Below are positions 54,041 to 63,670 of a stretch of 64,000 nt of DNA, one piece after another. Within the stretch, counting starts at the first letter, position 1, and every line of letters starts with the position of its first letter. The stretch is from an uncultured Gemmatimonadales bacterium. Its GTDB lineage: Bacteria > Gemmatimonadota > Gemmatimonadetes > Gemmatimonadales > GWC2-71-9. The position numbers were made by a program, and so were the translations under genes. The stretch covers positions 1,632,001 through 1,696,000 of the forward strand of contig CAVZZO010000003.1 of the NCBI GenBank assembly GCA_963779755.1, in the 5' to 3' direction. Below the pieces are notes generated by a model. It was not told where the DNA came from. It searched no databases and saw only the letters and a list, made by a program, of their open reading frames with translations.

Positions 54041-55366
54041 GTGTCCACGCCGCATACGTCTTATGCCCGCCGCCTGGGCCTCTTCTCGGGAACCATGGTG
54101 GTGGTCGGCGGCATCATCGGCGCCGGCATCTTCCTCAACCCGGCGGTGGTCGCCGTCCGGGTCCATACCGGCGGCCTCACCATGGCCGTCTGGGGGACCG
54201 GCGGGGTCGTGGCCCTGCTCGGCGCTTTCATCTACGGCGAGCTGGGCCAGCGGGTTCCCCGCGCAGGCGGCGGGTACGTCTATCTCCGCAATGCCTTCGG
54301 CCCGCTGCCCGCCTTCCTCTATGCCTGGGCCCTGCTGCTGGTGATGGCCACCGGCGCCCTGGCCTATGTCGCGGTGATGTTCGCCAACTACACCGCCGAT
54401 CTGATAGGCCTGCCCGCCCGCGCGGTGACACCGCTGGCCGTGGGGGGGATCGTCTTCCTGACGGGCGTGAATTACCTGGGGGTGAAGCCCGGCGCCATCA
54501 CCCAGAATCTCTTCACGCTGCTGAAGCTGGCCGCGCTCGCCGCCCTGATCGGCGCGGGATTGTTTGCCGCGGCTCCCGCGACGGCACCCGCCGCGACCGC
54601 CGCCCCGCACGGCGGCGCCCTGATCGTGGCCTTCGGGACCGCACTGGTCCCGGTCCTCTTTACCTTCGGGGGCTGGCAACAGGCGAACTTCATCGCCGAA
54701 GAGATGGTCAATCCGCGGCGCGACCTCCCGCGGGCACTGCTCCTGGGAGTCGTCGTGGTGGTGGTGGCCTACCTGCTCACCAACGCGGCCTACCTGCGCG
54801 CCCTGGGCGTGGACGGGCTGGCCCGGAGCAGCACCCCGGCGGCCGACACCATGGGAGTCTTTTTCGGGCAAACGGGCCGGGTGCTCATCTCCGCCGGCAT
54901 CGCGCTGTCGACGTTCGGGTTCCTCAACCTGGTGATCCTGGTCTCGCCCCGGGTCTACCAGACCATGGCCGCCGACGGGCTGTTCTTCCCTTCCATGGCC
55001 CGCCTGCATCCGCGCTACCGGACGCCGTCGGTCGCGCTGCTGGTGCAGGCGGCGTGGGCCATCGCGCTCACGCTCACCGGTACCTACGGCACCCTGCTCG
55101 ATTATGTGGTGTTTGGAGATTGGATCTTCTTCGGCACCACCGCCGCTACGCTGTTCATCGCGCGGCGGCAGCGTTGGGGAGAGGAGGAGCAGGAGGGCGG
55201 ACTGTTCCGGACGCCGTTCTATCCCTGGAGCGTGCTGCTGTTCATCCTGGCGGCGGTGTATGTGGTGGCGGGATCGGTAGCGTCGAATCCGCTGAATGCC
55301 CTGAAGGGGACGATCCTCCTGGTGCTGGGTGTTCCGGTGTTCCTGTTCTGGCGCCGCCGGCGCTGA
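54041..55366 (+). CDS. APC family amino acid permease
   Basis: GGIIGAGIF, YGELG..P.AGGGYVY, GGWQ..EE..NP.R.LP and RVYQTMA.DGLF motifs. Confidence 0.93.
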   Translation: MSTPHTSYARRLGLFSGTMVVVGGIIGAGIFLNPAVVAVRVHTGGLTMAVWGTGGVVALLGAFIYGELGQRVPRAGGGYVYLRNAFGPLPAFLYAWALLLVMATGALAYVAVMFANYTADLIGLPARAVTPLAVGGIVFLTGVNYLGVKPGAITQNLFTLLKLAALAALIGAGLFAAAPATAPAATAAPHGGALIVAFGTALVPVLFTFGGWQQANFIAEEMVNPRRDLPRALLLGVVVVVVAYLLTNAAYLRALGVDGLARSSTPAADTMGVFFGQTGRVLISAGIALSTFGFLNLVILVSPRVYQTMAADGLFFPSMARLHPRYRTPSVALLVQAAWAIALTLTGTYGTLLDYVVFGDWIFFGTTAATLFIARRQRWGEEEQEGGLFRTPFYPWSVLLFILAAVYVVAGSVASNPLNALKGTILLVLGVPVFLFWRRRR

Positions 55367-56402
55367 CCGTCTCCTCCGTCACCTGCGACACGGTATCCGA
55401 GCGCCGCCGGCGTCTGAGGATGTACTCCTCGCGGTACATCCGGATCAATTCGAAGAAATACGACAGCGCCAGCGGCCCCACCAGGATCCCCAGCAGTCCG
55501 AAGTAGCGAATGCCCGCAAAGGCGCCGATCAGCGTCACCAGCGGGTGGATCTTGGCCCAGCGGCTGAAGACGATCGGGCGGATGACGTTGTCCACGTTGG
55601 CCACCAGGAGCACGCTCCAGGCCGCCAGCCCGATGGCCGCGCCGTAGCGGCCGTCCAGCGTCAGCAGAATCACCCCCGGCACCCACACCAGCCCCGAGCC
55701 CACCACCGGCAGCACGGAGAAGATGGCCGTCACCAGCGCCCAGAACAGGGGATTGGCCAGCCCCACCATGAGGAAACCGAGGCCCACCAGCGTGCCCTGC
55801 AGCAGCGCCGTCAGCCCCGTCCCGATCACGGTGGAGACGGTTACGTCGGTAAACCGCTGGCGCAGGATGGCGCTGTTGGCCGGCGAAAACGGGATGTAGG
55901 GCTCCACCGCGCTCCAGGTCTCGTCCGACCAGATCAGCAGGTAGTAGAGCCCGAACAGCGAGATGGTCAGATTCAGCGACAGCCGGGTCGCGGTGCCGAT
56001 GAGCAGCAGTGCGCTGCTGCCGACCCAGGCGACGATCGATTCGCTCATCTTGGCCAGCTGGGGGCCCAGATCATAAGAGCCGATGCGGACCGCGCTCAGC
56101 CGGCCGATCAGCGGCCCATTGAGCACGCCCCGGGCGATGTCCGGCGCCTCGTTGACCACCACCCCCGTGATCAGGAATCCCGCCGCCATCAGGATGAGCA
56201 GCGCCAGCGCCACCACCAGCCCCGCCCCGATGGTCGGCCGGAGCGGCGGCACCAGCAGCCGGTAGATCGGCTCGAAAATGACAAAGAGGACGGGAATCGC
56301 GATCAGTCCCGTGGTAAACGGGAGCAACGCGACGATGATGAGAACCCCCAGCAGGAGGATCAGCGCCGCCGCCCGCTGGTACTTGGAGTCGAACAATCGC
56401 AT
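55242..56402 (-). CDS. AI-2E family transporter
   Basis: Multiple TM segments; LPVVGS.LVWVP, DNVIRP, HPLVTLIG and FG..G...GP motifs. The 3' tail overlaps the permease. Confidence 0.88.
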   Translation of the reverse strand: MRLFDSKYQRAAALILLLGVLIIVALLPFTTGLIAIPVLFVIFEPIYRLLVPPLRPTIGAGLVVALALLILMAAGFLITGVVVNEAPDIARGVLNGPLIGRLSAVRIGSYDLGPQLAKMSESIVAWVGSSALLLIGTATRLSLNLTISLFGLYYLLIWSDETWSAVEPYIPFSPANSAILRQRFTDVTVSTVIGTGLTALLQGTLVGLGFLMVGLANPLFWALVTAIFSVLPVVGSGLVWVPGVILLTLDGRYGAAIGLAAWSVLLVANVDNVIRPIVFSRWAKIHPLVTLIGAFAGIRYFGLLGILVGPLALSYFFELIRMYREEYILRRRRRSDTVSQVTEETVSAGGARTGTPEHPAPGGSSPSGHSADSTLPIPPPHTPPPG

Positions 56403-56567
56403 GCGGGGAGTCTAGAGGACCACTCCCGGACACGCCAGCAGGCCCCCCTCCCTGCCCCATGATTCGGCAGGATTCAGCTCGTCACAAAGTGAAACTAGGC
56501 CTGGAACGAGCCCCGCTCGCCGGAGCCTGCGCCCTCACCGCCCGGGGGCAGCACAGCGGGATCGGAG

Positions 56568-57091
56568 CGGTACAGACCTCCCTGAGCCGGACGAGTTCGC
56601 TATGAAGAAACCGCAGATGACGCAGATTTCGCAGATTGATTCCCTGTGAGGTGACTCCGGTATCGACCCCACCAACCAGAAAAGAAGAGAGAACGCCTTT
56701 GCTGGTGGTTGCCCGGCAGCGCTCCGCGGAGCACGGCGGGGATCGGAGCCAATCTGCGTAATCTGTGTAATCTGTGGATCGAAACCGGCCCTGATCCAAC
56801 TCGCGATACGACGGCCGGCAGGAGACCAGCCCGGTACAGACTTCCCTGAACCGGACGAGTTCGCTATGAAGAAACCGCAGAAGACGCAGATAACGCAGAT
56901 TGATTCCCTGTGAGGTGACTCCGGTATCGACCCCACCAACCAGAAAAGAAGAGAGAACGCCTTTGCTGGTGGTTGCCCGGCAGCGCTCCGCGGAGCACGG
57001 CCGGGATCGGAGCCAATCTGCGTAATCTGTGTAATCTGTGGATCGAAACCGGCCCTGACCCAACCCGCGATACGACGGCCGCCGGCAGGAG
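56568..57091. repeat. Two tandem ~264-bp units, each with inverted nonamer arrays flanking a core (MITE-like)
   Basis: Units begin CGGTACAGAC at 56568 and 56832. Each holds (CGCAGATNN)x3 ... (AATCTGYGT)x3. Confidence 0.92.
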
Positions 57092-57245
57092 GGCCCGGTG
57101 GAGATTTCCCGGGGCTGGTCTTCAACCGGTATCCCGCCCGGCACGATCCGATCGAGGCCATCGAGGCCTGGTGTCTTGCCCAGTCCGGTACCGGGACCTA
57201 TGGTAGGCCCGGCCACGCAGCCTTTCCCTAGACGAGGGAGGTCCC

Positions 57246-57866
57246 ATGCGCTTGTTTCTTCTGCGGCGCCTCGCGCTGCTCGCCGGTGTCCTGACCTACC
57301 TCCTTCCCGCCATCGGGCTGCCACCCCTGTATGCCCAGGATTCTTCGTCAGACGCCCGGTTGGTGATGTCGGCCGGCATGCTCAAACGTCTCGGGGCTGC
57401 CGTTGACGGGCATCGCACAGGCACACGCGTGTGGGTTGTGATCGACAGCGCTGCTCCCTATACGGTCTGGGGAGTCTTCGAAAAGCACGACCCGGCCATC
57501 GAGGTGGCGCGGCGGCATCCGGGCACTCTGGCACTCGGGCCGTACTACGCCCCGACCGATGATGGACTCACCGAGACCTTCATGGCGACCACGTGCTGGA
57601 AAGACCAGTACACCCAGTGGCACTGCCCGGATAGCTTGAGGACCACCAGTATGGACAGCGTGCTGAGCGTGACGGTTACGGTGCAGACCCGTGACGGTCG
57701 CAGGTACGTCTCCAATTTCGGTCCGGATGTCGAAGCGGTGTTCTTCACGCTGTCGGCCATCGACCGGCTGTTGCTGCCCTATTACACCACCCTCTACGGC
57801 CCGGAATACGCCAAACGCCAACGTCAGGAGGTGGTGAGGCGGATCAGGGGACAGCAGCACCAGTAA
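57246..57866 (+). CDS. Hypothetical secreted protein
   Basis: GGGAGG ribosome-binding site, signal peptide ending LYAQ, and a Cys pair. Confidence 0.7.
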   Translation: MRLFLLRRLALLAGVLTYLLPAIGLPPLYAQDSSSDARLVMSAGMLKRLGAAVDGHRTGTRVWVVIDSAAPYTVWGVFEKHDPAIEVARRHPGTLALGPYYAPTDDGLTETFMATTCWKDQYTQWHCPDSLRTTSMDSVLSVTVTVQTRDGRRYVSNFGPDVEAVFFTLSAIDRLLLPYYTTLYGPEYAKRQRQEVVRRIRGQQHQ

Positions 57867-60333
57867 CGGACGGCGTATCCGCCAGCAGCCGGATGAACGC
57901 CGAGTCTTCGTGCAGGGAGCGAAACCAGGGACTGGTCGCGAGGAATTTCCGGTCCGCCGGCTCCTCCTGGAGCAGTGCCGCCAGGAGGGCCAGCGCATCG
58001 GCACGTTGGCCGGCGAGGAGTGTGACATAGGCTTCGAAGGGGGTGAGTGCGAGGCGGGCGACGCGAGACAGTCGGGCTTTCCCCTTCACCGCCTGCGACA
58101 GCAGTGAGCGGGCGCTGTCCAGGCGGCCGCTGCGGGCCAGCACCGCCGCAACCATCAACTGGCGTTCCAGCAGCACGGCTGGCTCGCCCCCTTCCGTGTC
58201 GGCCGCCAAGCGCCTGAACTCGGCCCAGGCGCTGTCGATGTCCGGCCGGCCGTTGCCCGACCAGCCCAGGAGGCGAAGTTTGCAGTCGACGAAATTCGGA
58301 TCCTGGGGGAAGCGGCTCCGGCCTTGGGTGCACCACGACGCGGCGTCCTCGAACCGGCCCTCGGTAAGGGCAGTAAAGAAGAGCCCCGAGAGGATCCGGG
58401 GGGCGGCCGTCAGGTAGGCATCGGCCGCATAGGCGCGGGCGGCGGCCGCGTCCGCTTCGGCAAAGTGCCCATCACTGAAATACGCGCGGCTCAGGATATA
58501 CCACGCCTCCGCGTCCACCGGGTCCTTCTCCACCGCCGCCTGCAGGTCGCGCGCGGCGGCTGCCAGCGTGTCGCGCGCCGCGGGAGACACACGCTCCCAC
58601 CAGGTGTACCGCAGCATTCCCCGGGCGGCCAGCGCCTCGGCGTTCCCCGGCTCGCGGCGCAGCGCCTTCGCCACCAGTGCGCGGCTGGAATCGAATGCCT
58701 GGCGGACGATCGCGGAGTCACCCGGCTCGGTGGACGCCACCTGGCCCAGCACCAGCGCGGTGCGGGCACGCCCCAGCGTGGGGCGCAGCCATTTGGGATC
58801 GGCTGCCTCGGCATGGCGCAGGAGCGTGTCCGCCCGATGCAGGAGCCGGATGGCCCCCTCGGGCTGATCCCGCGCGACCAGCTCCCCGGCATCGTTGATC
58901 AGGTCCCTCGATTGTTGCATCCGGGTCCAGGCCTCGACACTCCGGGTTTCCTGCCGGGTCTCCCGGTTCCGCACTTCCACCCCGATGCGCCGCCGGAGCA
59001 CCGAGGCGACTTCCTGGGTGATGGAGTCCTGCAGATCGAACAGGGCCGGCAATGCGGCTTCCACCGTGTGGTCGTCGAGCTGCACCCCGCTCTCCGGGTT
59101 CACCAGCTGCACGCTGACGCGGATGCGATCCGCGTCGCGGTCCACGCTTCCCGTCACCACCGTGCCGACCTGGCGCATGCGGGCCAGGCTGTCCAGCGGG
59201 ACCTGCCGGTAGCGGAACGGCTTGACCCCCTCGGCGCTGATGACGCTGAGGGCCGGCACCCGGCTCAGCTCGTCGATCAGGTCCTGCGTCAGGCCGGTCG
59301 CCAGGTAGCCCAGGCTGCTGTCGGGCGTGAGGTCCTGAAAATAGAGCACGGCAATGTGGCGCGGATCGAGCCGGGAAGGCTGTCCCAGCGCCGCCGGCTC
59401 CCGGCTGCCGCGCCACCAGAGGACGAGCGCCAGGACGGCCCCCAGCGCGAGCGCCGCCGCCGGCCACCACCGCCACCGCCGCCGCCGCTGGGGAACCGGC
59501 GCGATGCCCTCCAGGGCCGCGATGAACCCGCGAACGGTGGAGAAGCGGTCCGCCGGCATCTTGGCCAGCCCCTGGCCGACCGCTGCCTCCACCTTGGGCG
59601 GCAACGAGGGGCGAAGCGAGGAAAGCGGCGGCACCGGATCGAGCTGATGGCGCGCAATGATGGCGTGGCTGGTCGGCCCGGTGAACGGCGGCACGCCGCC
59701 CAGCATCTCATAGAGCACGCAGGCCAGGGAGTAGAGATCGCTGCGCCCATCCAGGTCCTCCTGCCCGGCGCCCTGCTCCGGACTCATGTAGGGCGCCGTG
59801 CCGACCACCAGGCCGACGGACGTGATCCGCTCGGCGCCCGCCTCCAGCACCGCGCGGGCCACACCGAAATCGGCCACAACGGCATGTCCCTGGTCCAGCA
59901 GGATGTTCTCCGGTTTGATGTCGCGGTGGATGATGCCCATGCTGTGGGCGTATCCCAGCGCATCGGCCACTTCGCGGGCGATCCGCAGGGCATCCTCCAG
60001 CGGGAACTGGTGCTCCCGCTGGAGGCGGGCCCGGAGCGATTCGCCCTCGAGATAGGGCATGACGTAGTACAGCAGGCCCTGCGCTTCGCCCGAATCGAAG
60101 AGGGGGAGGATGTTGGGGTGGTGCAGCTGGGCCGCGATGTGGATCTCGCGGAGAAACCGTTCGGGGCCGAGCAGCTGCACCAACTCCGGCCGGAGCACCT
60201 TGATGGCCACCATCCGGTCGTGCTTCAGGTCGCGGGCCAGGTAGATCCGCGCCATCCCCCCCTGGCCGATCTCCCGGTCCGGGAGATAGCGGTCGCCCAG
60301 CGCCTGCCGCAGGCGTTCCAGGATCTCGGGCAT
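57844..60333 (-). CDS. Membrane Hanks-type Ser/Thr kinase with TolB-like and TPR C-terminal region
   Basis: IGQGGMARIY, VAIKVL, HRDIKPEN, DFG, GTAPYMSPEQ and DLYSL motifs; TM segment WWPAAALALGAVLALVLWW. Confidence 0.95.
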   Translation of the reverse strand: MPEILERLRQALGDRYLPDREIGQGGMARIYLARDLKHDRMVAIKVLRPELVQLLGPERFLREIHIAAQLHHPNILPLFDSGEAQGLLYYVMPYLEGESLRARLQREHQFPLEDALRIAREVADALGYAHSMGIIHRDIKPENILLDQGHAVVADFGVARAVLEAGAERITSVGLVVGTAPYMSPEQGAGQEDLDGRSDLYSLACVLYEMLGGVPPFTGPTSHAIIARHQLDPVPPLSSLRPSLPPKVEAAVGQGLAKMPADRFSTVRGFIAALEGIAPVPQRRRRWRWWPAAALALGAVLALVLWWRGSREPAALGQPSRLDPRHIAVLYFQDLTPDSSLGYLATGLTQDLIDELSRVPALSVISAEGVKPFRYRQVPLDSLARMRQVGTVVTGSVDRDADRIRVSVQLVNPESGVQLDDHTVEAALPALFDLQDSITQEVASVLRRRIGVEVRNRETRQETRSVEAWTRMQQSRDLINDAGELVARDQPEGAIRLLHRADTLLRHAEAADPKWLRPTLGRARTALVLGQVASTEPGDSAIVRQAFDSSRALVAKALRREPGNAEALAARGMLRYTWWERVSPAARDTLAAAARDLQAAVEKDPVDAEAWYILSRAYFSDGHFAEADAAAARAYAADAYLTAAPRILSGLFFTALTEGRFEDAASWCTQGRSRFPQDPNFVDCKLRLLGWSGNGRPDIDSAWAEFRRLAADTEGGEPAVLLERQLMVAAVLARSGRLDSARSLLSQAVKGKARLSRVARLALTPFEAYVTLLAGQRADALALLAALLQEEPADRKFLATSPWFRSLHEDSAFIRLLADTPSVTGAAVP

Positions 60334-60356
60334 GGCGGCCCCCGCAACCAAAGGCG

Positions 60357-60386
60357 AGAAAGCCGGATCGGTAGATCCGGCTTTCT
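60357..60386 (-). terminator. Perfect 13-bp hairpin after the DUF4097 operon
   Basis: AGAAAGCCGGATC-GGTA-GATCCGGCTTTCT. Confidence 0.6.
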
Positions 60387-60425
60387 ACAATAGGGCGGCG
60401 GAGACTGCCGGGCCAGCCTGCTGCC

Positions 60426-61253
60426 TCAGGACCGGCGGAGCGTGATGTCGCCGTTCACCGTTTCGATCTTTAGATCGGGGCCGCCTTTGCCCAGGGTACC
60501 CCGGACCCGCCGGGGCCCGAACTTGCCGGTGACGGTCACCGGGAAGTCGCTGGTGATGTCGCCATTCACGGTCTTCACCGACAGATCGGCGTTGATATCG
60601 GCGGGCAGGGTAAGCTCGACCCCGCCGTTCACCGTACTGAAATGCGCGCCTTCAGCGAAGTCCGCCCGCCCCATGCTGATGCGCAGCGAGCCATTGACCG
60701 TGGAAGCCTCGGCCCGCCCGGCCGCGCTCAGATCGATGCTGCCGTTCACCGTACTGGCTTCGGCATCCGCCGGCATGCCGGTGGCGTCGACATCGCCGTT
60801 CACCGTCCGGCCCACGAAGTGGACGCCCTTCGGCACCCGCACCCGGAAATGGACACTGACGTCGTTGTTGTTGGTATTCATGTGCCCCGCGTCGCCGGGG
60901 CCGCACTCGTTCTCATGGCTGCTGCGCCGCGGGGTGGGATATACCGCGCAGATAGTGATGCCGCCATCGTGTTCCAGCACCTTGATGGTGACATCGTCCG
61001 GATCGCTGCGCCGGGCCTGCTTGGTGGCGGTCACCTCGGCCTCATTGCCGGACGCCGCCACGGCTTCGATCTCGCCGTTCACGCCCTTGATCTCGAGCGT
61101 GGTGCCCGGCGCCATCTCCTTGTGCCAGCTGAAATCGGGAGCGGCCGATGCCGCCGCCGGCGGCGGGGACGGCGCCCGCAGGCCGGCGCCGAAGCCACCG
61201 ATGGGCAGCACGGCGGCCGCGGCCGCCAGGGTCAGGGTTTCCAACGCGCGCAT
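60426..61253 (-). CDS. DUF4097 beta-strand repeat (adhesin-like) exported protein
   Basis: Signal peptide and repeated TVNG(D/S)I motifs. Confidence 0.85.
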   Translation of the reverse strand: MRALETLTLAAAAAVLPIGGFGAGLRAPSPPPAAASAAPDFSWHKEMAPGTTLEIKGVNGEIEAVAASGNEAEVTATKQARRSDPDDVTIKVLEHDGGITICAVYPTPRRSSHENECGPGDAGHMNTNNNDVSVHFRVRVPKGVHFVGRTVNGDVDATGMPADAEASTVNGSIDLSAAGRAEASTVNGSLRISMGRADFAEGAHFSTVNGGVELTLPADINADLSVKTVNGDITSDFPVTVTGKFGPRRVRGTLGKGGPDLKIETVNGDITLRRS

Positions 61254-61356
61254 GCTGCCACCTCGCTTTCCAATGGTCTGAAGGTCCAGACGAGCATCGT
61301 GTGTGCTTTGCCGGGGATGCCCCGGGTCCGCCGGAGATTCTCCTGGTGCCTTACCG

Positions 61357-62196
61357 CTAGCGCTTCCGCAACCGCATGTCGCCATCGAAGGACTGCATGT
61401 CGATGCGCGCGGAGCCGTTCCCGATGGTGAAGCTGAACCGCTTCTTCATGCCGTGCGTCCCCGTCAGCACGACGGGCCAGTCGGACTGGAAGTCGCCATC
61501 GAAGGTCGAGATGGACAGGGTCGCGTTGAGCGGATCGGCCACCTCGAGCGTGACGTCGCCGGAGTGGGAATCGAAGCGGTAGCGGCCGCTGGTGGCGATG
61601 TTTCCGCGATAGAGGATGTCGCCATCCACCGTGGTGGCCTCCACCTCGCCCGAGCTGATTCCGTCCAGCGTGATATCGCCGTCCACCGCCGAGGCGGAGA
61701 TGTCGCCCTTGACGTCGGTGAGGCCGATGCCCCCGTCCACCGTGTTTACTTCCACCCGGGCCTGGGCGCCGGCCACCGTGATCTCTCCCTCGACGCTGTG
61801 GACAGAGACAAAATCCCGGCCGCCCTGTACTGAGACATTGCCTTCCACCGACCGCAGATCCACCCGGGCCTCGCTCCCCTGCACCGTGATATCTCCCTCG
61901 GTGGTCTGCAGGTCCAGCTCCATCCAGGCCGGCACGGTGAGCCGGAAATCGGCGTTGTCGTTCCCCCGCCAGGGCTGATTGCGGACCCGCAGCACGCCGC
62001 CCCCCTGGTCGATCTGCAGCCGGTCGTTATCCGACAGCTCGGCGGAGACCTGTACCGCGTTGCGGCTCCAGGTACGCACCACGATCTGCCCCGACCGGTT
62101 GTTCATCTCGAGCCGGGTCCCGCGGGCCACCGTGATAGTGGTATCCTGCTGGACCGGTGCCAGGATCAGCGCGGCAATTGCCAGTGTTGCCAGCAT
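61357..62196 (-). CDS. DUF4097 beta-strand repeat exported protein
   Basis: Signal peptide and repeated S/TV(E/D)GDI motifs. Confidence 0.85.
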   Translation of the reverse strand: MLATLAIAALILAPVQQDTTITVARGTRLEMNNRSGQIVVRTWSRNAVQVSAELSDNDRLQIDQGGGVLRVRNQPWRGNDNADFRLTVPAWMELDLQTTEGDITVQGSEARVDLRSVEGNVSVQGGRDFVSVHSVEGEITVAGAQARVEVNTVDGGIGLTDVKGDISASAVDGDITLDGISSGEVEATTVDGDILYRGNIATSGRYRFDSHSGDVTLEVADPLNATLSISTFDGDFQSDWPVVLTGTHGMKKRFSFTIGNGSARIDMQSFDGDMRLRKR

Positions 62197-62212
62197 ACGA
62201 TCAGCCTTTCGT

Positions 62213-62893
62213 TCAGCTCTGCGCCACGGCCAGCTGGGCCGCCCGGCGCAACAGTTCGATCTTCTTGCGCATGGTCTGCGCGAGATGATCGTTCAGGTAC
62301 GTATTGTTGGGATCGCGGGCCAGGGCACTGCGCGCCTCTCCGATGGCCCGGTCGATCCGGCTCAGATTCTCCTCGATCACCCGCACGGTGGTCGTATCCA
62401 GATGCCCCCGTTCCTCGGCCAGCACCCGCTCCAGCTCGGCGATGGCCGAATCGGGGCGGCCCCGGCCGAAGTTCGCTACCGGCCGCAGCGGGGTCGTCTG
62501 CGCCACGCTATCGGTCCGGGCGGCCACCATGGGCGGGGCCGCAGGCCGCAGCAGCACCCAGGCCCCACCGGCCCCGAGCATCAACAGCAGCACGGCCGCC
62601 ACGGCCAGCTGCGCCAGGTTGAGACTGATCCGCCGTCCCGGGCGCCGCGACGCGATCGGGACGACCCGGCTCTCGCCGGTCAGGCCGATCGCCGCGGCAA
62701 TCCCGGCCCAGACCCGCGCGGGCGGCTGATGCACCGGCAGCCGGGCGGCCCGCGCCGCCACCTGCCCCAGCTCCGCGAGGACCGCCCGGCACCCGGCACA
62801 GTCCGCCAGGTGGCTTTCCAGCCCCTCCCGCTCGGCCGGGCTCAACTCGCCGTCCAGGTATTCCGACAGCCGTTCCGTCCACTGGTCGCTCAT
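62213..62893 (-). CDS. Zinc-finger (zf-HC2) anti-sigma factor
   Basis: LSEYLDGEL..ESHLADCAGC (HxxxCxxC) followed by a single TM segment. Confidence 0.92.
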   Translation of the reverse strand: MSDQWTERLSEYLDGELSPAEREGLESHLADCAGCRAVLAELGQVAARAARLPVHQPPARVWAGIAAAIGLTGESRVVPIASRRPGRRISLNLAQLAVAAVLLLMLGAGGAWVLLRPAAPPMVAARTDSVAQTTPLRPVANFGRGRPDSAIAELERVLAEERGHLDTTTVRVIEENLSRIDRAIGEARSALARDPNNTYLNDHLAQTMRKKIELLRRAAQLAVAQS

Positions 62894-62903
62894 ATTCTGC
62901 TCC

Positions 62904-63485
62904 TTACCGGTCGAGCCAGCCGCGCAGGGCCATCCGGGCCCGGTGCAGCTGCGCCTTCGATGTGCCGGGTACGATGCCCAGCATGCCGGCGATTTCCTCG
63001 TGCTTATAGCCCTCGACATCGTGGAGCACGAAGATCCGCCGCGCTCCCTCGGGAAGCCGGGCCATGGCTTCCTCGAAATCGATCGACAACTCGGGGCGCG
63101 GGGTCCGGGTCCGCAGGTTCTCAACCGCGCTCTCGTCCTCCAGAAACCGGTTCCGCTCCACCCCCAACCGCTCCCGCCGGGCCAGCATGACATTGATCGC
63201 CAGCCGATGGAGCCAGGTCCCGAAGGCCGCCTCGCCCCGGAACGTCCCCAGTTTCTCCCAGGCCCGGATGAACACCGCCTGGGTGGCATCCTCCGCCTCT
63301 TCCGGGTTGATCATCCGGCGCGCCAAACTGAAAATCCGACCCGCGTGCCGGTGATAGAGCCGCTCGAAGGCAAGGGCGTCGCCTGCGGCCGCGAGGGCCG
63401 CGTCTACCGCATCCTGTTCTGCCGGAAGGGTTTCCGAGTCGCGCGTCAGGGCTCTGGCTCCCGAGCTTGGCGTCGTCATCCTCAT
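62904..63485 (-). CDS. ECF RNA polymerase sigma factor
   Basis: GD..AFE.LY, AEDATQ.VF.RAW, F.TWL.RLA.N and LP...R..FVLHDVEGY.HEEIA..GTSKAQLHRAR motifs. Confidence 0.95.
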   Translation of the reverse strand: MRMTTPSSGARALTRDSETLPAEQDAVDAALAAAGDALAFERLYHRHAGRIFSLARRMINPEEAEDATQAVFIRAWEKLGTFRGEAAFGTWLHRLAINVMLARRERLGVERNRFLEDESAVENLRTRTPRPELSIDFEEAMARLPEGARRIFVLHDVEGYKHEEIAGMLGIVPGTSKAQLHRARMALRGWLDR

Positions 63486-63529
63486 GCACCCCGTTGGATA
63501 GGGTGGAGGGGTGAATTGGTTTGAATTGT

Positions 63530-63670
63530 AAGGACGGGAGAAAGACGGGAGTAGGACGGGAATAGGACGGGAGAAAGACGGGAGTGGGACGGGGAGTAGC
63601 CATGGTCGAGCCAGGAACAGCGTCTTTTCCCGTCCTTTTCCCGTCCTTTTCCCGTCTTCTTCCCGTCCTC
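63530..63670. repeat. Inverted pair of 11-bp arrays (GACGGGAGWAR)n / (TTTTCCCGTCC)n
   Basis: aggacgggagaaagacgggagtaggacgggaataggacggg... followed by ttttcccgtccttttcccgtccttttcccgtc. Confidence 0.88.

Noticed and set aside
56482..57324. ORFs of 280 and 208 aa spanning the 264-bp duplication
   Set aside because: The translations (TDYTDYAD, ITQITQI) simply reflect the nonamer arrays; there is no RBS or protein-like composition.
63490..63530. Autoregulatory ECF promoter (TCAAAC...TATCCAAC) upstream of the sigma gene
   Set aside because: Plausible, but the match to known ECF consensus sequences is too weak to call by eye.
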